Origin: Patescibacteria group bacterium
GTDB lineage: Bacteria > Patescibacteriota > JABMPQ01
NCBI GenBank assembly: GCA_018818965.1
Contig: JAHJQX010000029.1
Span: 2,982 to 66,981 of the forward strand
Reading direction: 5' to 3'
DNA: 64,000 bases
Shown here: positions 39,931 through 49,097 of the stretch, piece after piece
Layout: each line of letters begins with the position of its first letter
Position numbering within the stretch: position 1 is the first letter of the stretch
Notes under the pieces: generated by a model
The model's database searches: none
What the model was told of the DNA's origin: nothing
The model's input: the letters and a program-made list of their open reading frames with translations, nothing else
Program-made: the position numbers and the translations under genes

Positions 39931-40003
39931 CCAATTATTTGTTTTTCAAGTATAACTTACTTACCACCACGCAAATTACATTGGTTTTATACGCAATAAT
40001 CAT

Positions 40004-40654
40004 ATGAGTGAATTAGAACAAAGCAGAGAGATGCTAGCGGAAGAATGCCTGGAGTGTACAGCAGCGAACTCTATCGCGGATACACTCCTTAACGAAGGGA
40101 AAAAGCCAGGAGACAGAGATGGTTCCTGTGGTCTCGGTGCTGCAATTTGCGCCCACAACCTAAACTATGCAAACGGAGCTCGAACAGAATGGCAAGCAAA
40201 TTCAGTCAATGTGTGGATGCTTCACGCAGCTGCCAGAGGAGAATCCAAACAAGGAATTGAAGAAAGACAGGCAAGATTTTGCGATTCACTAAATTATGAT
40301 GAAATACCTGAAGCTCGTAGTGCTTTTAAGCATGCCATATGCGTAGCCAGAAGTCCCAAGGGAGAATTCTGGTTAATGGATCCAACTTTTTGTCAATTTT
40401 TAAATGACCAAGGAGAAATTGGAACGGCCAAGAAAAAAACAGGTGAAAATATCAAAACAAATAACACAATAAGAACCCTGCATGAACGAGGCTATATAAA
40501 ACTAACCCCGAAAAATTTAGCAAGCTTCTTGAAAGCAACGGCCACTACTGAATTCAACGTGGATCTAGGTCATTTACCCAATATTTCCGACATCGTAAAA
40601 AATACTCCAGCCATAGCAGAAACTTACGAACCTGAGGAATTAACAGTTCAATAA
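40004..40654 (+). CDS. hypothetical protein, atypical composition, Cys/His-containing (possible papain-like thiol peptidase fold, speculative)
   Basis: 216-aa ORF directly downstream of the tRNA-Lys att-like duplicate. DGSCGLGAAICAHN then HAIC...D. Confidence 0.45.
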   Translation: MSELEQSREMLAEECLECTAANSIADTLLNEGKKPGDRDGSCGLGAAICAHNLNYANGARTEWQANSVNVWMLHAAARGESKQGIEERQARFCDSLNYDEIPEARSAFKHAICVARSPKGEFWLMDPTFCQFLNDQGEIGTAKKKTGENIKTNNTIRTLHERGYIKLTPKNLASFLKATATTEFNVDLGHLPNISDIVKNTPAIAETYEPEELTVQ

Positions 40655-40732
40655 ATACTCTCGTTTATCGAGAATTAATTTAAGAAGCATAAGAGTTACT
40701 ACTCCACTGACAACGGAGTCTTATTATCTAAA

Positions 40733-41653
40733 ATGGAATTTCAGATTAATAAAATTGAAGCCGGCCAACGTCTAGATGTATTGTTAGCCAGAAAACTTCC
40801 TGACCTATCACGCTCAGTCAGCAAAAAATATATCGAAGCTGGTTGTGTTGTGATCGGCGGAAAAAAAGTGAAAGCTAGTTATAAGCTCAACGATCAAGAT
40901 ATTATAAGTATTAATCTGCCCGAAAAATCTACGCCGCCAAAACTAGCACCAGACAATATCAAGCTAGATATTGTCTACGAAGATGACGATATTGTAATAA
41001 TCAATAAGCCGGCCGGTATGGTAGTTCACCCCGACAATACTCATAAGACAGGCACCTTAGTGAATGCTTTGTTAAATTATTATCCCCCAATAAAAGACGT
41101 GGGTGAACCCGACCGACCCGGCATCGTCCACCGTCTCGATAAGGACACTTCCGGCCTGGTTATTTGTGCTAAGACTGGAAAAGCATACAAATATCTGGTA
41201 GGTAAATTTAAATCTCGGGAAATCACTAAAAAATATTATGCCCTAGTATTCGGGAAAGTGAAGGACAAGAAAGGCATAATCACCTATTCGCTCAGCAAAA
41301 ATAAAAGCGGTACTGCCAAGATGACTGTCGCCATTGATAAAGAAGCAGTGACAGAATATAAAGTTAAAGAATATTATCGAGGCGAGGATCAGGACTACAC
41401 TCTACTAGAAATATCCCCTAAGACCGGACGCACTCACCAAATCCGCATTCATTTAGCTAAAATAGGTCATCCAATTGTCGGTGACCAGCTGTATAGTTTT
41501 AAACAACACCGCCGCGAATGTCCGCTACAAAGACAATTTCTACACGCCTTTCGCCTAGATTTTAAATTGCCCAGTGGAGAAAATAAATCATTTAAGATTG
41601 GGCTGCCGGAAGATTTGAATGACTTCTTATCCCGATCCTGCTATACTCAATGA
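40733..41653 (+). CDS. RluA family pseudouridine synthase (RluD-like, S4 plus catalytic domain)
   Basis: HRLDKDTSGL catalytic motif. Confidence 0.85.
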   Translation: MEFQINKIEAGQRLDVLLARKLPDLSRSVSKKYIEAGCVVIGGKKVKASYKLNDQDIISINLPEKSTPPKLAPDNIKLDIVYEDDDIVIINKPAGMVVHPDNTHKTGTLVNALLNYYPPIKDVGEPDRPGIVHRLDKDTSGLVICAKTGKAYKYLVGKFKSREITKKYYALVFGKVKDKKGIITYSLSKNKSGTAKMTVAIDKEAVTEYKVKEYYRGEDQDYTLLEISPKTGRTHQIRIHLAKIGHPIVGDQLYSFKQHRRECPLQRQFLHAFRLDFKLPSGENKSFKIGLPEDLNDFLSRSCYTQ

Positions 41654-41665
41654 CAAATCAACACC

Positions 41666-42193
41666 ATGAAAATCACCATTGGCGGCCTACCTGGTAGTGG
41701 TACTAGCACCGTCGCTCGACAACTTGCCCGTCAGCTTAAGCTGCAACATATCGATGCTGGTGATATTTGGGATGAAATGGCCGCGGCTCATAATACTGAC
41801 GTTACTGGTCTTAATTTACTGGGTGAGTCTGACCCTTCGATAGATAAAGAGCTCGACGAGAAAATGCTAGAATATGCCAGAACTAAAGATAATATTATCT
41901 TGGAAGGTCGCCTTGTCGGCTGGCTCAGTCATAAAGATAGCCTGGATAATTTTAAAATCTGGTTTGATTGCCCCTTGGATGTACGAGTGCAAAGAGTGAA
42001 AAAGCGAGAGGGAGAAAATTTGGCGGAAATTAAAGCTGATACGATAAAACGAGAAAATAGTGAAGCCAAAAGGTACAAAGAGTATTACGATATTGACATT
42101 AAAGATCTTTCAATATACGATTTAGTAGTTGATTCCAGCATTAAAACTCCACCGGAGATTGTGGGGTTTGTTTTACAAAAATTAGATCAATAA
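41666..42193 (+). CDS. cmk: cytidylate kinase-like (short archaeal-type CMP kinase)
   Basis: [17 protein letters not shown]-loop, 175 aa. Confidence 0.7.
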   Translation: MKITIGGLPGSGTSTVARQLARQLKLQHIDAGDIWDEMAAAHNTDVTGLNLLGESDPSIDKELDEKMLEYARTKDNIILEGRLVGWLSHKDSLDNFKIWFDCPLDVRVQRVKKREGENLAEIKADTIKRENSEAKRYKEYYDIDIKDLSIYDLVVDSSIKTPPEIVGFVLQKLDQ

Positions 42194-42194
42194 G

Positions 42195-42803
42195 ATGGAC
42201 CTACTGCAAGAATTTGAGAAAAAACAAGCAACTAGAAAAATACCTTACATCAAGCCAGGTGATACTATTAAGGTACACCAGAAAATTAAAGAGGGCGATA
42301 AACAAAGAATTCAAGTATTTGAGGGTGTTGTCATTAAAATCCACTGTGGTTTTGGTATCAATGGCAACGTAACCGTACGTAAAATTGCTTCTGGTGTCGG
42401 AGTAGAAAAGACTTTTCCTTTTCATTTACCCAGTATCACCAAACTAGAAGTAGTGAGACGGGGAAAAGTACGTCGAGCTAGGCTGTATTATCTACGCGAA
42501 TTACAGGAAAAAGCAGCTCGTCTTAAGGAGAAAAAACTAACCCAAAAAGTGAAAGATGGACTGCGTTTTGAATCGGACGAGGAAAAGAAAGAACAGGAAG
42601 CCAAAAAAGCGAAGAAGAAAGAGGAAAAGGGAACGGAAAAGGACACCAAGCTGAAAGAAGAGAAGAAGCCTGAAAATAAAAAAGGGGGGAAGTCTAAAGA
42701 AAATAAGCCTTCTCCCGCGAAAACTCCAACAGAGAAGAAAGAAAAGCCGGAAAAAGATGAAAAGGCTGAGAAGAAAGAGCCAGATAAAAAAGAGAAGAAA
42801 TAG
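42195..42803 (+). CDS. rplS: 50S ribosomal protein L19 with ~85-aa Lys/Glu-rich C-terminal extension
   Basis: L19 core in the first ~115 aa, then KE-repeat tail. Confidence 0.85.
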   Translation: MDLLQEFEKKQATRKIPYIKPGDTIKVHQKIKEGDKQRIQVFEGVVIKIHCGFGINGNVTVRKIASGVGVEKTFPFHLPSITKLEVVRRGKVRRARLYYLRELQEKAARLKEKKLTQKVKDGLRFESDEEKKEQEAKKAKKKEEKGTEKDTKLKEEKKPENKKGGKSKENKPSPAKTPTEKKEKPEKDEKAEKKEPDKKEKK

Positions 42804-42823
42804 ATAATATTCTTAAGGTTCAA

Positions 42824-42910
42824 GCCCAGGTGGCGGAATTGGTATACGCGCATGGTTGAGGGCCATGGGGTTTTTAACCCGTGCGGGTTCAAGTCCCGCC
42901 CTGGGCACCA
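42824..42910 (+). tRNA. tRNA-Leu(GAG), class II, CCA encoded
   Basis: Acceptor GCCCAGG/CCTGGGC, anticodon loop UUGAGGG, long variable arm. Confidence 0.85.
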
Positions 42911-42924
42911 GTTCTTAATAATTT

Positions 42925-43000
42925 GGGCACTTGGCGCAGTTGGTAGCGCGACTGTTTTACACACAGTAGGTCGGGGGTTCGAATCCCTCAGTGCCCACCA
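42925..43000 (+). tRNA. tRNA-Val(TAC), CCA encoded
   Basis: Acceptor GGGCACT/AGTGCCC, anticodon loop UUUACAC. Confidence 0.85.
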
Positions 43001-43059
43001 TTGTGATAATAGAACCCTTATGATATATTTAAGACAATATATAGTTTAGGGGTTTTATT

Positions 43060-43734
43060 ATGAAAGAAATTGAAAAGGAAAAAGCTAGGAAACTGCGCCA
43101 GCTTGGCTGGTCTTTAGGTCAAATAAAACATAAACTGGACGTCTCGAAAAGTAGTGTGAGTATTTGGGTGCGAGATATAAAGTTGACGAGTGAACAAAAA
43201 CAGGAGTTATCAAAAAAAGGTCTGAAGAAAGAAATTATTGAGAAACGCAGAGAAACAAGACTGAGAAGAGAAAAAGCCAAAAGACAAATAGTAATCGACA
43301 GAGCTAAATACGAAATCAAAAAACCTTCAAGGGAAGATTTAAAACTTATTGGAATAGCTCTATATTGGGCAGAAGGTAGTAAAACTCAACGTGGAGTGGT
43401 TCAGTTTTCCAACAGTGATCCACTAGCAGTAAAAGTCATGATGCGATTTTTCAAAGAAGTCTGTAAAGTTCCTAAGGAAAAATTCAGAGGGCATATATAT
43501 ATCCACCCCCATTTGAGTATAAAAAGAGCTTTAGGACATTGGCATAAAATATCAAGAATCCCAAAAGATCAGTTTTTCAAAACATCTACACAAAAAAGCA
43601 GAGCCAGTAAGAACAAGAAGGATTCACTTCCTTTCGGAACATTCAGCATCGAAATATGTGATACAAAATTGTTTTTAACCATCAAGGGTTGGATAGAAGG
43701 TGTACAAGAAAATTTATTAAATATGCCGGGGTAG
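43060..43734 (+). CDS. HTH plus LAGLIDADG-like homing-endonuclease-like protein, 3' end overlapping tRNA-Phe
   Basis: N-terminal HTH (LRQLGWSLGQIKHKLDVSKSSVSIW). LIGIALYWAEGSK resembles the LAGLIDADG motif. Stop codon lies inside the tRNA-Phe D-arm. Confidence 0.45.
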   Translation: MKEIEKEKARKLRQLGWSLGQIKHKLDVSKSSVSIWVRDIKLTSEQKQELSKKGLKKEIIEKRRETRLRREKAKRQIVIDRAKYEIKKPSREDLKLIGIALYWAEGSKTQRGVVQFSNSDPLAVKVMMRFFKEVCKVPKEKFRGHIYIHPHLSIKRALGHWHKISRIPKDQFFKTSTQKSRASKNKKDSLPFGTFSIEICDTKLFLTIKGWIEGVQENLLNMPG

Positions 43735-43796
43735 CTCAGTGGTAGAGCAAAGGACTGAAAATCCTTGTGTCGAGAGTTCAATTCTCTCCCCCGGCA
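43725..43796 (+). tRNA. tRNA-Phe(GAA)
   Basis: Acceptor GCCGGGG/CCCCGGC, anticodon loop CUGAAAA. Confidence 0.85.
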
Positions 43797-43801
43797 TGCG
43801 A

Positions 43802-43876
43802 GCGGGAGTGGCTTAGTGGTAAAGCATCTCCTTGCCAAGGAGAAGATCGCCGGTTCGAATCCGGTCTCCCGCTCCA
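43802..43876 (+). tRNA. tRNA-Gly(GCC), CCA encoded
   Basis: Acceptor GCGGGAG/CTCCCGC, anticodon loop UUGCCAA. Confidence 0.85.
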
Positions 43877-43909
43877 GAACGGAAAATTCGCAAATCGATA
43901 GGTATAGAA

Positions 43910-43940
43910 AACGGCTTAGATAAGCCGTTTTTGTGTTTTT
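43910..43940 (+). terminator. rho-independent terminator after the tRNA-Phe/Gly pair
   Basis: AACGGCTTA-GA-TAAGCCGTT hairpin plus T-run. Confidence 0.6.
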
Positions 43941-44106
43941 GGGGGAAATTTTTGGTTCGAACAATTCTAATTATATTTTTATCAATCAAGTTGTTTTTAT
44001 AACTATACTTCCCAGCGACAAGGCCATAAGTGAAAATCCGCGTGAGTTCGATTCCGGTGTGCCCCGCCAAAGAAGAACACGTAGAACTCAACGAGTTCGA
44101 ATTTAG

Positions 44107-44133
44107 AGCCCTAGTTTAAGGGCTTTTATATTT
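44107..44133 (+). terminator. hairpin plus T-run (AGCCC-TAGTTTAA-GGGCT-TTTATATTT)
   Basis: Read directly. Follows tRNA-like T-loop fragments. Confidence 0.4.
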
Positions 44134-44266
44134 GGAAAAGATGATTTGAAGTTAGAATTAAGGAGGGAAAGCGGAAGCTCGAACTCTGAATCTTAGAATA
44201 CTGCCAGTTACATTGTTTTTAGCCATTGGCCGTGTATAATTAAAACAAATTATTTATCTAACATCT

Positions 44267-44911
44267 ATGTCTAGAGAACGTTCTCCAGAATATCTAGCTT
44301 ACATGCAACAAGAGGCACATAAAGTCTTGAACGATGAGATTGTTATAGGATCCATCGAAAGAGAATATACAAACCAGACAGCATCGCTTTCCACGGAGTC
44401 TGTGCCAGATGAGTACCAAGCAGTTGTCAGGGATATAGCTGTTGAACTCGTGGATATCATTTCCTCTGAGGTTAGTTTTGATGAAATAGATTTTGAACAT
44501 GAAGGATGGAAAAAAGATTATTCTGATATGATTGAAAGATGTGTTTTATCTAAACTTAAGGATGAGGAAAATATCCTATCGATATTAAGAGGAAAACTGA
44601 AAAAAGTAGCCAGAGAGAACTTGAAGATCGAACATTTGTTCGAGGAATCTTTTGATATGTCTTATAAAATATTGATTGGTAGTATTGGTAAGGTGACTGG
44701 TTTCAGCATTGCAAAAATGGATCCCAACCTATTATTGATGACACCAGCGGAGATTAGAGAATCATTTAGAGAAACTGCTGATACGGCAGTGCGTGCTAAC
44801 AAAGACCCCGAGTACTTACCTGACGAAGAGAAAGCAGAGAAATTTATAAGATCGGTTGATGGGGATGAGGAAGATGATAATGATGAGGGCGACCCAAACG
44901 ATGCAAATTAA
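44267..44911 (+). CDS. hypothetical acidic protein (Asp/Glu-rich C-terminus)
   Basis: 214-aa ORF, no recognisable domain. Confidence 0.5.
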   Translation: MSRERSPEYLAYMQQEAHKVLNDEIVIGSIEREYTNQTASLSTESVPDEYQAVVRDIAVELVDIISSEVSFDEIDFEHEGWKKDYSDMIERCVLSKLKDEENILSILRGKLKKVARENLKIEHLFEESFDMSYKILIGSIGKVTGFSIAKMDPNLLLMTPAEIRESFRETADTAVRANKDPEYLPDEEKAEKFIRSVDGDEEDDNDEGDPNDAN

Positions 44912-45222
44912 GTACTCTATCAGCCAAGCACCAGGCATTTGTTAATAAATTACTGCCAAATGTCGACAGCAGGAGACGCTGACAGGCGTAGAGTAGCCAT
45001 CTAGCTACTTACCAGACGATACTACTCTCAAACCTTTGGAACACTTAGAGGTGTTCCTTACTTTCACGTTTGTCTGACCCTTTTCCTTCTGACAAGCCTA
45101 ATCAGGAACAATGAAAGAACAGGGCTCGGTGTACCAAAGGGTTCTAATACGTTCCTCTAGGGCCCGCCAAGGATTGGAGAAGATTAGAACTTTTTCAGTG
45201 TAATTATACTATATGAGATTAA

Positions 45223-46098
45223 CTATTTTATAACACCCTCTAAACCTTCTACCCATCCCAGGCTTCCACAGTTTTTAGTGATAATTATTTTCTCACTAAA
45301 TTTTTTAGCTTCGCTTGCTTTTATCCCCCTTTTAAAGTTTTCTACAATAACATCAGGGTCAATCTCAGGATTTTTTACAAGTATAAATTTATTACAAACC
45401 TTACTTAACTCAAGATCAGCCAAAGAGTCACCAATGGCCACTGTTTCATCATAAGAACAATTTAATTTTTTTTGTATTATTTTGGCCGCCGAGTATTTAT
45501 TTGCACCTTTAATAACTAAATGGTAAGCATGATCCCTCGTCCCATCGGAATTTGGAATCTCAATAAAACCGTTGTCTATAATCTCCAAATAAGGAAAATT
45601 ATTAGACAAAGATTTATTAAACGATTTAAGGTCTATCTTTCCCCTCAAAAGAACCGTACCCTTTTTACGCATTATATTATTCTTGGTACCTCCTGGTCGT
45701 CCGTCCTTAGGGGTAAAAATTGAAAGTTTTTCTTTTTTTGTTTTAGCTTTCTCTAACAGCAGATCTACGGCACCAATTTTATATATTGCATCGTGACTAT
45801 TTGTTCTGTGTAGATAATCAATAAAACTCTGGTTATTCTTATATTTACTTGGATCTCCAAGATTAGTAATTTCTTCTCCTTTATAGAAAATAATCGCTCC
45901 CAACTCAGCAATAAAGATAGGAGAAAAATTCTCGCTTTTAACAAATCTATTAGTCTCCTTAATAGATCTGCCAGAAACCAGAGAAATAATAACACCTCTT
46001 TTTTGGAGAATCTCTTTTAACTTTCTAGCTGGTGCTAAGACTTTACCTCCCTGATTCGCGTAAGCACCATCGTAATCAGTTAATATTAATTTAATCAC
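45223..46098 (-). CDS. HAD-IIB (Cof/sucrose-phosphatase-like) hydrolase
   Basis: LILTDYDGA motif I, GDSLADLEL motif IV. Confidence 0.7.
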   Translation of the reverse strand: MIKLILTDYDGAYANQGGKVLAPARKLKEILQKRGVIISLVSGRSIKETNRFVKSENFSPIFIAELGAIIFYKGEEITNLGDPSKYKNNQSFIDYLHRTNSHDAIYKIGAVDLLLEKAKTKKEKLSIFTPKDGRPGGTKNNIMRKKGTVLLRGKIDLKSFNKSLSNNFPYLEIIDNGFIEIPNSDGTRDHAYHLVIKGANKYSAAKIIQKKLNCSYDETVAIGDSLADLELSKVCNKFILVKNPEIDPDVIVENFKRGIKASEAKKFSEKIIITKNCGSLGWVEGLEGVIK

Positions 46099-46531
46099 AA
46101 AAGTAGATATTATCTTAATGCCTGGATGAATTATACATTAACAGCTTGATCGAGTCCATTCCAGCCGTTCGACCGTCTGACTCGGGTTCTCCTAAAAAAC
46201 CAACCCATTTAGACAAAAATAGATCTACAGGGTACTAATCAATAAGATGATCCATTCCCGGGCCATTAAACTATTAATGGAGGGGGCAATAATTGATTAA
46301 TGCTTACTAGTATTATACACCTATTTTTGTAGTTTGCTTTATGGTACTACTCTGCCAATTGGCATAGAAAGCGTCATTTACCGTTGCGCAGCTGCAACAC
46401 CTTCAGTGTTCCTGATTGTCAGATGATTTCTCCTCAAACTTAGTCAGATCAGGTAGGTCACTAAAACAGTCTGGACTGTTGTACTCTGTTCGTAACATTT
46501 CCTCTAAGGCGCTCCAGATGGAATAATAAAT

Positions 46532-46554
46532 CGCCGAAAGGCGGTTTTTTATTT
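46532..46554 (+). terminator. rho-independent terminator CGCC-GAAA-GGCG plus T6
   Basis: Read directly. No annotated plus-strand gene upstream, so it may end an unrecognised ncRNA. Confidence 0.5.
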
Positions 46555-46668
46555 CTACACGACCCGCACTAGCTCCGAATTACTCTCAGAAACAAAACCA
46601 ACGGTCTTGATAGCTTTCAAAATTAGTTTATAATGGACTAGAAGTATATTTGGTTACGCTGCAAAAGT

Positions 46669-46740
46669 GGCCTGGTAGCCAAGTGGTAAGGCGAGGGTCT
46701 GCAAAACCCTTATTCGCGAGTTCGAACCTCGCCCAGGCCT
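46669..46740 (+). tRNA. tRNA-Cys(GCA)
   Basis: Acceptor GGCCTGG/CCAGGCC, anticodon loop CUGCAAA. Confidence 0.8.
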
Positions 46741-46765
46741 CAAAATTATAAAAAATGTTATAAAG

Positions 46766-46790
46766 ATAAGCATCCAAGCTTATTTTTTTA
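46766..46790 (+). terminator. terminator after tRNA-Cys (ATAAGC-ATCCAA-GCTTAT plus T7)
   Basis: Read directly. Confidence 0.6.
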
Positions 46791-46825
46791 TTAGCGCTTC
46801 CAAAAATATCTGAATTCAAAAACCA

Positions 46826-46853
46826 TTGACATAATAAAGTCACATGTTATTAT
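46826..46853 (+). promoter_or_regulatory. sigma70-like promoter TTGACA-N13-TGT-TATTAT (extended -10) for the first RlpA-like gene
   Basis: Read directly. Confidence 0.5.
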
Positions 46854-46944
46854 GGGTGGTCATTTTCCTAACACGGGAAAATGATTTTTTATTACCGGGC
46901 ACTTTTGCCCTTAACCGAGGAGAAATTAAGTAAATAACACACTT

Positions 46945-47697
46945 ATGCTCCAAAACAAGCCCATAAAACTAATCTTAGCAGCTATCTTGATTGCCTTTGT
47001 TTCGATTATTTCTGTATCCTACGCTGAGGGTCGTGATACTATCGTAAACGTGGATGAAGACACTATAAATAAAGGTTACACTGTGTCTCACAACAACCAA
47101 GATCTACGCTTTGCTGTAACTCCCGAACAGGTCAATCAAGAGATCGAAGTAACGGTTAAAAACCGTAGTCTAGAGGGTGATCCTTTGCCTCCGCAGAAAA
47201 AGCTAGTTTCGAACATCTACAGTTTTGACATGATCGGTAAAAAATACAACCCTTTGATCACGGGTAAGCCTTCTTGGATCGCACTAAAATATAACACTAC
47301 TGATAACAGCCGAAAGTCCATCTATTATTGGAACGGTGTCAAGCACGAATGGGCAGCTTTACCCTCTTCAACTGATGTGCAAGGTAAATACATGAGAGCT
47401 ACCACTCATCTACCCTACAGCCGAGTAGCGGTGTTCGAAGATGTACCTGAAGTAACTATGCACGGTGGAGCAAGCTGGTATCACGCTCCGACTCGTCAAT
47501 CAGCGGCTATGCGAGTCTTCAACAAAGGTGATATTGTTAAAGTAACTAACCTGGCTAATGGTAAAACATGCGAGGTAGTAATTGCTGATCGCGGCCCCTA
47601 CATCCGTGGTCGAATTATTGACCTTTCGCCCGATGCTTTTGCCCAGATTTCATCTCTTTCCGCTGGCGTGACTAAAGTTAAAGTGGAAAAGTTCTGA
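46945..47697 (+). CDS. secreted RlpA-like double-psi beta-barrel protein with novel N-terminal domain
   Basis: Signal/TM. C-terminal GGASWYH...VKVTNLANGKTCEVVIADRGPYIRGRIIDLSPDAF is an RlpA/DPBB signature. Confidence 0.7.
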   Translation: MLQNKPIKLILAAILIAFVSIISVSYAEGRDTIVNVDEDTINKGYTVSHNNQDLRFAVTPEQVNQEIEVTVKNRSLEGDPLPPQKKLVSNIYSFDMIGKKYNPLITGKPSWIALKYNTTDNSRKSIYYWNGVKHEWAALPSSTDVQGKYMRATTHLPYSRVAVFEDVPEVTMHGGASWYHAPTRQSAAMRVFNKGDIVKVTNLANGKTCEVVIADRGPYIRGRIIDLSPDAFAQISSLSAGVTKVKVEKF

Positions 47698-47739
47698 ATA
47701 ATTTCCATTGAAAATTAAAAAACAGTGCTATATAGTTAT

Positions 47740-47771
47740 AAGTACACTAGAAGAAGTGTACTTATTTCTTT
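47740..47771 (+). terminator. 8-bp stem hairpin AAGTACAC/GTGTACTT plus T-rich tract between the two RlpA-like paralogs
   Basis: Read directly. Confidence 0.5.
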
Positions 47772-48539
47772 ATGGATCATATGGCCACTAAAAAAACAAC
47801 GCGTTACATTTTGCTTGTTGCCCTAGTGGCGGGTGTATTCTCTTTTCACACCTCCGTCAGCGCTAGCAGTGACGCCACTCGCATAAGAATCGATAAAGCT
47901 ACCATCAAAAAGGGTTATACTGTGGCTCATAGCAGCCAAGCTCTCCGCTTTGCTATTACCCCCGGCCAGGTCGATCAAGAAGTAAACGTTACTTTAAAAA
48001 CTGCAAATTTAGATGACACCCCTTTACCAATAGATAAACAACTCTCCTCGCAAGTTTACAGTTTTGATATGATGGGACGAGAATATAATCCGATTATTAC
48101 TACTCGACCTTCCTGGATTGCAATTCACTACACCACCTCTAGCAACATTAATAAGGCTGTCTATTATTGGGACAACAACCGGGGAGCTTGGGTAGAGTTA
48201 CCTTCAAGGATAGATAGGATAAATAAGTACGTACAAGCAATAACACACTTACCTTTCAGTAAAGTAGCTATCCTGGAAGAAGCCCCACCGCAAGAAGAAT
48301 ACACCGGCGTGGCTAGCTGGTATGAAAGCGGGGAAGAAATGACCGCGGCTATGAACCAATTTGAATTGGGTGACACAGTCAAAGTAACAAATCTTGATAA
48401 TAACAAAAGCTGCCTGGTACGAATAATAGATCGCGGACCTGATATCGCTGGTCGTATTATTGATTTATCTGACGACGCCTTCGGGAAACTAGCCCCGTTA
48501 TCGTGGGGGTTGATTGAGGTAAAAGTAGAGAAATATTAG
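47772..48539 (+). CDS. secreted RlpA-like DPBB protein, tandem paralog of 46945-47697
   Basis: Same two-domain architecture. Conserved blocks KGYTV.H..Q.LRFA.TP.QV.QE, YSFDM.G..YNP.IT..PSWIA, YYW, VKVTNL, RIIDLS.DAF. Confidence 0.7.
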   Translation: MDHMATKKTTRYILLVALVAGVFSFHTSVSASSDATRIRIDKATIKKGYTVAHSSQALRFAITPGQVDQEVNVTLKTANLDDTPLPIDKQLSSQVYSFDMMGREYNPIITTRPSWIAIHYTTSSNINKAVYYWDNNRGAWVELPSRIDRINKYVQAITHLPFSKVAILEEAPPQEEYTGVASWYESGEEMTAAMNQFELGDTVKVTNLDNNKSCLVRIIDRGPDIAGRIIDLSDDAFGKLAPLSWGLIEVKVEKY

Positions 48540-48611
48540 CTTGTAGACAAAAAGGAAGGGGCATAGAGACTAACTTGACTAAGCCTTTACCATATGATAC
48601 GATAGCTATTA

Positions 48612-49097
48612 ATGAGAAGAAGATCATGGACAAAAATACAGCTGACCAAGGCTGTCGCCGACTCAATAAGTTATCGGCAGGTTCTAATGAAGCTCGGGCT
48701 AAAACAGGCGGGAGGGAATTATTCTCAGTTAAAAAAATATATAAGGGAGCATAAATTAGACGCCTCTCATTTTAAAGGTCGAGGGTGGAACAAGGGAATG
48801 TCACTTCCCTTCTCACCGAAGGTTCCTCTTAAAGATATCATGGTAAAAAATAGTACCTTCCAAAGCTACAAGTTAAAAAAAAGACTGCTTAAAGAGGATG
48901 TTAAATCTCCCCACTGCGAAGAATGTAGCTGGGCAGAAAGGGCGGAAAACGGACGATTACCTCTTGAATTACACCATATCAATGGTGACGCCAGCGATAA
49001 TCGCCTGCAAAATTTAAAAATACTATGCCCCAATTGCCGTAGCTTGAAGCCAAATTATCGAGGTAGAAACAAAAAAGCCCGGGTGGTGGAATGGTAG
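48612..49097 (+). CDS. HNH homing endonuclease (phage-type N-terminal module), 3' end overlapping tRNA-Leu(TAA)
   Basis: N-terminus W.K..L..A...S.S...VL..LGL...GGNY...K.I.E..LD.SHF. HNH core LELHHINGDASDNRLQNLKILCPNC. Confidence 0.7.
   Translation: MRRRSWTKIQLTKAVADSISYRQVLMKLGLKQAGGNYSQLKKYIREHKLDASHFKGRGWNKGMSLPFSPKVPLKDIMVKNSTFQSYKLKKRLLKEDVKSPHCEECSWAERAENGRLPLELHHINGDASDNRLQNLKILCPNCRSLKPNYRGRNKKARVVEW

Noticed and set aside
44040-44068. Additional tRNA gene ending ...GTGCCCCGCCA
   Set aside because: No complementary 5' acceptor strand or D/anticodon arms can be formed. It is treated as a fragment.
43569-44091. Minus-strand ORFs (131 aa and 92 aa) across tRNA-Phe/tRNA-Gly
   Set aside because: They overlap two well-formed tRNA genes.
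44930-46560. RNase P RNA, SRP RNA, tmRNA or 6S RNA in the two long noncoding stretches
   Set aside because: I looked for GGAAAGUCCGGGC (P4), the AGGUCCGGAAGGAAGCAGC helix-8 motif, and a tmRNA tag reading frame with tRNA-like ends. None was found by eye. This needs Infernal to settle.
46628-46843. 71-aa minus-strand ORF across tRNA-Cys
   Set aside because: It overlaps a tRNA and is low complexity.
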